Assembly (NCBI GenBank): GCA_020348985.1
Contig: CP070761.1
Coordinates: 2,781,509-2,845,508 of the forward strand
DNA: 64,000 nt
Direction: 5' to 3'
Origin: Candidatus Thorarchaeota archaeon
GTDB taxonomy: Archaea > Asgardarchaeota > Thorarchaeia > Thorarchaeales > Thorarchaeaceae
Shown in pieces: positions 57,153 through 64,000 of this stretch; position 1 is the stretch's first letter, and each line of letters starts with the position of its first letter. A program made the translations under genes and the position numbers. Under the pieces are notes generated by a model. The model was not told the origin of the DNA. It ran no database searches and saw nothing but the letters and a program-made list of their open reading frames with translations.

Positions 57153-57905
57153 GTGTTGATGCTTCAAGATGACTCAGGTGAATTGACCCCGGTCAAGCTT
57201 GATCCAGCCCTTGTTTCAAGTGACAACGCAATCATCGTACTTGATGAAATCAATGACACTTGTTGGGTCTTCATTGGGAGGCATGTGAATATGCCGACCC
57301 GAATGCATGCTCTCAGAATGGGCAAGTCAGTGGCGAAGTCTGGATACAAGATTGGCGTCACGACAATAGGAATGGGATCAAGTCGTATCGTCGAGATGCT
57401 AGAAAAGGACGACAGTGACGCGGATGTTGTAGCAGCCATAGCGGAATTTAGGGATACCCTCTCGGGAAGATGGGCCTTTGACGACAAGGTTCTAGCCTTC
57501 CGAGGAGAGGTCGTGGAAGAACCGATCGCAGGCGCTCCTGAGCCAACACCAGCACCAGAACCCGTGGAAGCATATGAGGAACCAACTCTTGTTGCTGAGA
57601 CAATCGAAGAGGAACCAGAGGTTCCAGCTGAGGTGCCTGCTCCGTCCCCAGAGCCAACAGTTACGCTAGGCGAAAAGAAGCTTGCCTACCTACTCTATTC
57701 TGCGGTGAAACACTCTGACCTGATCTATACGGAGAAATTCGAAAGAGATGGGAAGATGGGCGTGAAAGTAGAAGCACCGGGTACAATGGTAATTGAGGTT
57801 ATCATGGACGGGGACGATCTCAAGGTTGATCCAGCAACCTTCGGTGACAGCGAAATGGCTCAGAGTGTAAAATCTGAGTACGAGACTTGGCTAGGAAAGG
57901 TTTGA
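57153..57905 (+). CDS. Gelsolin-like domain + acidic Pro-rich linker + C-terminal domain
   Basis: LVSSDNAIIVLDE....WVFIG..V....R..A.R resembles a gelsolin repeat; PEPTPAPEP linker. Possible ATT start at 57120. Confidence 0.6.
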   Translation: MLMLQDDSGELTPVKLDPALVSSDNAIIVLDEINDTCWVFIGRHVNMPTRMHALRMGKSVAKSGYKIGVTTIGMGSSRIVEMLEKDDSDADVVAAIAEFRDTLSGRWAFDDKVLAFRGEVVEEPIAGAPEPTPAPEPVEAYEEPTLVAETIEEEPEVPAEVPAPSPEPTVTLGEKKLAYLLYSAVKHSDLIYTEKFERDGKMGVKVEAPGTMVIEVIMDGDDLKVDPATFGDSEMAQSVKSEYETWLGKV

Positions 57906-57965
57906 AGGGACAAGAGATTGGGGCAAGATGTGTATTGTCTTGCCTCACTTTGTTTCTAGCTAGGG

Positions 57966-58721
57966 TCAGTTTCTTCTGACTCGGTACCAGTATCGATAGA
58001 CTTCCTCGAATCCTAACTTATTATACAGCCGTAGGGCGGGCTTGTTCTCTGTTTCTACCTGTAGATAGCACTTCGCCGCCCCTCTTCGCCGACCCCATTC
58101 AGCTATAGCAGAGTTGATTGACAATGCCACTCCCTGTCTCCTGTAGTTGTCCAATGTAACTAATGAAAAGAGACCAACCCACTCATTCTCGCGAACTCCG
58201 AACCCTACACCGACAATCCCGCCGTCCATTGACACACTAGCGAAAACCTTCTCAGGTAGCGTTCTATCCATGATACCCTTCCGCGTCGCAAGACTATGAC
58301 GATCGAAATTCCCGCCCTTTGCGTAAGCATTCAACCAAGACGGGGTCGGCGCATCTATCAAATCAACTTCATGTTTTCCGCCGTTACTTGCGACCGAGTC
58401 GATTGGCGCAGTCTGGATCGAAACGGTCAACCCCAATTCAAATCCAAATGCTTGAACGGTATCATCGAGATTCGATGGCTCGCAAGCCGGGCTCATCTGA
58501 AAACGAGGAGGAAGTCCTCGGCTTTCGTAGAATCCTATCACATGTTCTATGGCTTTCGAGGTCTCCATCTTGGGTGATCCGATAGGGAGTGCGCTGTTTG
58601 CTCTTCGAGTTATTCCATCGTTTGCTCTCAGAATCCATTCACCAAGGTACTCCAAGTCACGTGCCCGCCAAGCGTTGAATGCGATTCTTTCGAGTTTGGC
58701 AATCTCTTTGAGGGGCAACAA
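57966..58721 (-). CDS. GNAT family N-acetyltransferase
   Basis: TRRANS N-domain; YRRQGVA, YLQVETEN.PA..LY.KLGF. Confidence 0.88.
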   Translation of the reverse strand: MLPLKEIAKLERIAFNAWRARDLEYLGEWILRANDGITRRANSALPIGSPKMETSKAIEHVIGFYESRGLPPRFQMSPACEPSNLDDTVQAFGFELGLTVSIQTAPIDSVASNGGKHEVDLIDAPTPSWLNAYAKGGNFDRHSLATRKGIMDRTLPEKVFASVSMDGGIVGVGFGVRENEWVGLFSLVTLDNYRRQGVALSINSAIAEWGRRRGAAKCYLQVETENKPALRLYNKLGFEEVYRYWYRVRRN

Positions 58722-58821
58722 TTGGCATATACCTCCGTGTCATATCGTCTGAGAGATGCCATGTCACGCTGTAGTCACATTAATGAACCTGACTCCTGCA
58801 CATTTCTAATGTGACAGGACC

Positions 58822-59760
58822 ATGAGCAGGCTTCGCTGGAACATGATTCTAGGAGAATGGGTTATAGTCACGCCTCATAGAGCTGATAGACCGTTTCAAG
58901 ACCCAAGCAGGGACTGCCCTTTCTGTCCAGGAAAGGAAGAAACCTCTGGAGATTGGACCGTGCTGACTTTGGATAACAAGTTCCCATCATTGCATCCGGA
59001 GCCAGGCATTGTGCCTTTGGACGCTAATGTAGTTTTAGAGGCCCCAGCATATGGTGAATGCAAGGTGATAGTCTATTCTCCCAACCATGAAGCACAAATT
59101 GAGAATCTGGATGATGATGAAGTAGGCCGGATTCTTGGTGAATACATACGGGTGTTCAATAGCCTCGATTCGAAGCAGGGGGTAGAATATGTTTACCAAT
59201 TCGAGAACAGAGGCGAAGCAATTGGAGTGAGTCTGAGTCATCCCCACGCTCAAGTGTACGCACTTCCCTTCGTACCACCTCGAATCAAGAGAGAGCTCGG
59301 ACAGGTTGAGAAGTGGCTGAAGGAGGACGGGAGCTGCTTATTCTGTCACATGCTCCAGAAAGAGGTCGAAGCGGGACAAAGAGTCGTCGCTGAAACAGAC
59401 AACTTCGTCACAATCGTTCCGTTTGGTGCAAGACTACCATTTGAGGTGCATATCTATCCAAGAGATCATGTATCCAGTTTGACGGAGCTAGAAGGGGTGC
59501 TGCACGAACTTGCATCTGTGATTAGGGATGTCGTTCAGAGATTCTCGAAACTCTTTGACGAAAACTCGTACGTTATGGCGTTTCATACAAGACCCTCTAA
59601 AGGTGACTTCTCTCACTGGCACTTCCACATAGAGTTCTACCCGCCTTGGCGAGACCGTTCAAGAATCAAGTACCTGGCAGGTCTAGAGACTGGCACCTGG
59701 GTATATACTAATGACACAATCCCCGAGAATGTGGCTCAAGAACTTAGAGAGGCGCTCTAG
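58822..59760 (+). CDS. galT: Galactose-1-phosphate uridylyltransferase
   Basis: CPFCPG, NKFP, FENRG..IGVSL.HPHAQ, KYLAG.E.G. Confidence 0.9.
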   Translation: MSRLRWNMILGEWVIVTPHRADRPFQDPSRDCPFCPGKEETSGDWTVLTLDNKFPSLHPEPGIVPLDANVVLEAPAYGECKVIVYSPNHEAQIENLDDDEVGRILGEYIRVFNSLDSKQGVEYVYQFENRGEAIGVSLSHPHAQVYALPFVPPRIKRELGQVEKWLKEDGSCLFCHMLQKEVEAGQRVVAETDNFVTIVPFGARLPFEVHIYPRDHVSSLTELEGVLHELASVIRDVVQRFSKLFDENSYVMAFHTRPSKGDFSHWHFHIEFYPPWRDRSRIKYLAGLETGTWVYTNDTIPENVAQELREAL

Positions 59761-59762
59761 CT

Positions 59763-60929
59763 ATGCAAGTTCCAGATGGAATGTTGGATGAACTGGAAAG
59801 ACTACTGGAACAGACGACACCTACGTACTTGGTGTCCAGAGCCCCCGGAAGGATTGAAGTCCTGGGGAATCACGTTGACTATAATGGCGGCATTGTTCTT
59901 GCAGCTACAATAAATCGATTTGTATGGTCAGTAGGTGTTCAGACAGAAGAACTCGTTGTGCATTCGATGAACATGAATGAAACCCGCAGAATCCAGAGAG
60001 AAAACATCAGCCCGGTGACAGGTCCGGAGTGGCACAGCTATGCGGAAGGGATCTACTGGGCGTTTAAAAGAAGGAACCATGATGTTCTGAATACGACATC
60101 CGTCATCTCGGGGGACGTTCCAATTGGATCAGGTCTGAGTTCTTCTGCGGCATTTGAGGTCTCCCTTGCGAATCTTGTCGCCAGATTAAGTGGAATCAAT
60201 CTCAATCCCAGAGCAATGGCAATGATTGCCTTTGAAGCTGAGCGATTGTACTGCCAGGTTTCTTGTGGGGTAATGGATCAATTTACGTCACAGGTAGGTA
60301 AACCCGATTCTCTCCTCGGCATCTTCTGTGCGAATCTGCAAGTCAGACACATTCCATGGCCAAATGACGTTGGACTCGTTATCAGCGATTCAGGAGTCTC
60401 GCGTTCTGCGGTAGAATCACTCAATGAGCGAAGGAATGAATGTCAAGCCGCACTACGCCAATTGACAGAAGGAGGATTCGAAATCAATAATCTCTCAGAG
60501 ATAGGACAACAAGAGCTCAGCGATGTTAATGATCTTCTCTCAGAGAGGCTGTTTAAGCGTGTACGTCATGTGGTAGACGAAAACATGAGAGTTGTGCAGG
60601 GGATGACGGCTCTGAGAGAAGGAAACTCGAAGGAATTTGGAAGACTCATGTTCGAGTCCCACGAAAGCTCAAAGAACTTGTACGAGGTGTCTCATGAGAA
60701 TCTTGACTTGCTGGTCAATATGGCACGAGGTCTACCAGGTGTCCTTGGAAGCAGACTTACTGGTGCAGGATTGGGCGGGAGTACGATTACTATGGTGAAG
60801 GCAAGACATCTTGCTGAATTCGTGAAGGAGATCGGGAGTGAATATGAACGAGAGTCTGGTAACCAGCCTTCAGTTTATGCGACTCAAATCCCAGGCGGAA
60901 TCGTCGTCGAGGAGTGTGGCAAGAAATGA
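59763..60929 (+). CDS. galK: Galactokinase-family GHMP kinase
   Basis: APGR....GNHVDY, PIGSGLSSSAA, CGVMDQ, GSRLTGAG.GG. Confidence 0.85.
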   Translation: MQVPDGMLDELERLLEQTTPTYLVSRAPGRIEVLGNHVDYNGGIVLAATINRFVWSVGVQTEELVVHSMNMNETRRIQRENISPVTGPEWHSYAEGIYWAFKRRNHDVLNTTSVISGDVPIGSGLSSSAAFEVSLANLVARLSGINLNPRAMAMIAFEAERLYCQVSCGVMDQFTSQVGKPDSLLGIFCANLQVRHIPWPNDVGLVISDSGVSRSAVESLNERRNECQAALRQLTEGGFEINNLSEIGQQELSDVNDLLSERLFKRVRHVVDENMRVVQGMTALREGNSKEFGRLMFESHESSKNLYEVSHENLDLLVNMARGLPGVLGSRLTGAGLGGSTITMVKARHLAEFVKEIGSEYERESGNQPSVYATQIPGGIVVEECGKK

Positions 60930-63856
60930 ATGATATTGATGGTTTAGTCATAAGTGAGACCCATTGGGATCGCGCATGGTATCGAACGTTTCAGCAATTC
61001 AGACTTCGCTTAGTCAGGATGGTGGACAACCTCCTCGACATTCTTGATGAGAATCCGGATTTCAAGCATTTCACATTTGATGGACAGACAATTGTGCTTG
61101 AGGACTATCTAGAGGTCAAGCCGCACAATAGAAGAAGGCTGGAGAATCTAATCCAGAGGCAGCGCATACTGGTTGGACCGTGGTACGTGTTACCAGATCT
61201 CTTCTTGGTTTCTGGGGAGGCTCTAATTCGGAACCTGTTGATCGGTCACTCTATTGCGTCAGAGTTTGGTCACGTGATGAAAGTTGGTTATGTGCCCGAC
61301 CCGTTTGGACATGTTGGCCAGATGCCTCAGATAATGTCGCAGTTTGGAATTGATTCATACGTTTTCGCGAGAGGTACAGGAGACGAGGTAGACGATCTTG
61401 GCTGCGAGTTTATCTGGCAAGCTTCTGACGGCACGGAGGTACTTGCCCACTGGCTGCCTGAGTCATACGGAAATTCAGCGAACCTGCCCGACGATGTTGA
61501 TGAAGCTGTCTCAACTCTCGAGTACAATATGTCAATTCTCAGACCTTGGTCAAGAGTAGGCACCTGTCTTCTGATGAATGGGTCGGACCATCTAGAGGCC
61601 CAAGCACATCTGCCAGAAGTGATACGAGCTTACAATAAGAAGAACGACAAGAAGATCGCCTTTGGCACTCTGCCCATGTTTGTCGATCGCATGCGAGACA
61701 ATCGTGAGAAACTGAAGTGCTACAGGGGCGAATTCAGGAAATCCAAGCATCAGAATCTCCTGTCCGGTGTGTACTCTACCCGAATCTACTTGAAACAGAC
61801 AAATGAGTATAGTCAGCGGCTTCTAGAGAGATTAGTTGAGCCTATTAGCACAATGGCTCACGTAGTTGGAGGACAATATCCTAAACACGAGATACGACAG
61901 GCGTGGAAGTACTTGATTCGAAACCACCCCCACGATGACATTTGTGGATGCAGCATCGATCAGGTTCACGATGATATGATGCAAAGATATCGCTGGATCG
62001 AAGAGATTGGACAGTATGTCCTCGAACAAGCATTGATGAGTCTTAGTAGTAATCTGTGTGACCCTGGACGGTACATCGTAGCATTCAACCCTGTTCCTAG
62101 GCAAAGGTCTGGAGTCGCGATTGCCCAATTCCCCATGTCAGCTGTTAGATTCAGTAGGCTGCCAGCTGTCCAATTGGTAGACCCGTCACTTGTTCCATCG
62201 ACTCCGCTCGAAGCCGCGAAGAATGAGGTGCACATTGGGTTCCTGCGGGACTATGGACTAGACCTGTCGCCTGATCATACCAGGACAATCACTGTTGGCA
62301 ACCAGAGTCTCACCGAGTTCGAGTTTGATATCTCAGGTGGTGTTCAGATGTTGCCTATCTTGGAAGAAATCCTCTGTCAGCTATCCACAGCCTATCGAGT
62401 CCGCGTCAATGATAACAACGAGGTCGTGGAGATATGGGCAAGAAAACATGATGCTGAGTCCACAACAGAAGGAGAACCCGTCCTGACCGACCTTGATGGA
62501 AACGAAATACCTGTTCAAGTAATTCAGAAGGTCGTCTGGTCTGACCCGCGGTCAACAATAACCACGGACAAGGAGGAGTATGTCCAAGTGGCCTTCTGGA
62601 ATTCAGATACAGAGGGACTTGGACTCAAGAACTACGGTCTGTCCGTTTCGGACAATATGACCCCAATTCAACCACCAGACGTAGTCAAAGCAACGAAGAA
62701 TAGCATAGAGAATTCACTGGTCAGGATTACAGTAGACAAGAGGGGATTGGTGAATATCGTTGACAAAACCACTGGTGAGGCCTATACAAATCTATTGATG
62801 TTCGAAGATTCGGGGGACACTGGTGATGAATACGACTACTGTCCTACCAAGGAGAATCAAGTCATTCGGAGTGCCGGTGACATCCATTCCATCGAGATAC
62901 TACACACGGGACCTCTTGTCGGAGCAATAAGAATCACAGGAGTGCTTGAGATCCCTGAGGCAATCACGCCTGATGGTGTAAGGAGAACAGCGGAGTTGAC
63001 TGCGTGTGAATTCTCAAACGAGCTTTGGCTAAATGCAGGCAGTCCCACTGTAGCTGTTTCCACCGAGTTCGCAAATCTCGCCTTTGACCATAGGCTCCGG
63101 GTTCTTATACCGACAAACACCAGTGCACAGACGTGTCATGCAGACAGTACCTTTGACATTGTCGAAAGACCCTACGCGTCCAAGCCTGAGAATGACTGGA
63201 AACAGCCCACCCAGCCAACTTACCCGATGAGGAGTTACGTATGCATGAGCAACGACAGAAGGGGCCTCACTGTTACTACTAGAGGGTTGATTGAATTCGA
63301 AATGTTGGAGGATTCAGGAGGTACAATAGCTCTAACCCTTCTCAGATCAGTGGGATGGTTGGCAAAACCGACATTGGACACAAGACCTTCAGGAGCGGGT
63401 CCGAAACTTGAAACGCCGGACGCCCAATGTATCGGCGACCATGTCTTCGAATATGCAATCACCCCTCACATTGGGGGCTGTCTCGATAGCGGGGCAACTT
63501 CGGAAAGCGAGGAATATCTGCTCCCCATTATGACTGACCACGTTTGCGTGTCGGATTGCCGTGAGAAGCAAATCGGAAGCCCATCTCTAACTCTTGAGCC
63601 AGACACCTTGAGACTCTCAGCACTCAAGATGGCGGAGGACAGCTCTGACTACATTCTGAGAGTCTGGAACATGTCGGACAAAGCTGAGACTGCAACTGTA
63701 AGTCTGGGATTCGAAATTGTAGAGGCAATCGGAGCCAAGTTGGATGAGGATATCGATTCCAATGTTGCTGTTACCTTGAAGGATTCTCGGACAATAGAAA
63801 TGCAAGTCCCATCCAAAAGAGCAGTGACTCTCAGACTAAGAACCGACAAAGCTTGA
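60926..63856 (+). CDS. Glycoside hydrolase family 38 (alpha-mannosidase/MngB-like)
   Basis: THWDRAWY, FDGQ, VGPWY..PD, PDPFGH, NGSDH, HDDICGCSID, LTLLRSVG. Confidence 0.92.
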   Translation: MNDIDGLVISETHWDRAWYRTFQQFRLRLVRMVDNLLDILDENPDFKHFTFDGQTIVLEDYLEVKPHNRRRLENLIQRQRILVGPWYVLPDLFLVSGEALIRNLLIGHSIASEFGHVMKVGYVPDPFGHVGQMPQIMSQFGIDSYVFARGTGDEVDDLGCEFIWQASDGTEVLAHWLPESYGNSANLPDDVDEAVSTLEYNMSILRPWSRVGTCLLMNGSDHLEAQAHLPEVIRAYNKKNDKKIAFGTLPMFVDRMRDNREKLKCYRGEFRKSKHQNLLSGVYSTRIYLKQTNEYSQRLLERLVEPISTMAHVVGGQYPKHEIRQAWKYLIRNHPHDDICGCSIDQVHDDMMQRYRWIEEIGQYVLEQALMSLSSNLCDPGRYIVAFNPVPRQRSGVAIAQFPMSAVRFSRLPAVQLVDPSLVPSTPLEAAKNEVHIGFLRDYGLDLSPDHTRTITVGNQSLTEFEFDISGGVQMLPILEEILCQLSTAYRVRVNDNNEVVEIWARKHDAESTTEGEPVLTDLDGNEIPVQVIQKVVWSDPRSTITTDKEEYVQVAFWNSDTEGLGLKNYGLSVSDNMTPIQPPDVVKATKNSIENSLVRITVDKRGLVNIVDKTTGEAYTNLLMFEDSGDTGDEYDYCPTKENQVIRSAGDIHSIEILHTGPLVGAIRITGVLEIPEAITPDGVRRTAELTACEFSNELWLNAGSPTVAVSTEFANLAFDHRLRVLIPTNTSAQTCHADSTFDIVERPYASKPENDWKQPTQPTYPMRSYVCMSNDRRGLTVTTRGLIEFEMLEDSGGTIALTLLRSVGWLAKPTLDTRPSGAGPKLETPDAQCIGDHVFEYAITPHIGGCLDSGATSESEEYLLPIMTDHVCVSDCREKQIGSPSLTLEPDTLRLSALKMAEDSSDYILRVWNMSDKAETATVSLGFEIVEAIGAKLDEDIDSNVAVTLKDSRTIEMQVPSKRAVTLRLRTDKA

Positions 63857-63867
63857 GGAATTCGACC

Positions 63868-64000
63868 TTGATAAGTGATGAAGACGCCCTGATGGAAGTT
63901 GTCCGCGACTACGCGCCCATTCTCCATTTTCATCCTAATGAGGGATCTCACTGCTGCTATCCTTCAGATGCAGAAGAAATCTATGAGAGATATTCAATGG
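63868..64000 (+). CDS. Partial ORF with a Vps62-like N-terminal motif, runs off the window
   Basis: Manual translation: MISDEDALMEVVRDYAPILHFHPNEGSHCCYPSDAEEIYERYSM. Confidence 0.45.
   Translation, partial: MISDEDALMEVVRDYAPILHFHPNEGSHCCYPSDAEEIYERYSM

Noticed and set aside
1-64000. CRISPR arrays, rRNA/tRNA genes, transposases, integrases, defence systems
   Set aside because: None recognised by eye; short or intron-containing RNAs could have been missed without tRNAscan or Infernal.

Overview
Gene-dense archaeal chromosomal segment, most likely from an Asgard archaeon (Thorarchaeia-like). The assignment is inferred from archaeal metabolic genes (fwdDBA, porCDAB, iorAB, a GGR-family reductase, TrmB-like and Alba-like proteins) occurring together with several eukaryotic-signature proteins: two Rab-like GTPases (one fused to a 7-blade FG-GAP propeller and an Ig-like domain), two gelsolin-domain proteins, a longin+roadblock fusion and a truncated Vps62-like ORF. 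I saw no rRNA, tRNA, CRISPR array or mobile element. Two loci stand out. (1) 22.8-31.5 kb: an ACP-dependent acyl-transfer cluster with ACP, a FkbH glyceryl loader, AcpS, three left-handed beta-helix acyltransferases (two membrane-anchored), a deacetylase and a divergent GGR. This is unusual because archaea generally lack ACP chemistry. (2) 54.2-57.0 kb: an ArsR-led operon whose HgcA-like corrinoid protein is fused to a class I SAM methyltransferase and followed by an HgcB-like ferredoxin, a candidate self-contained metal(loid) methylation system. All product calls come from motif recognition by eye; no database search was run.
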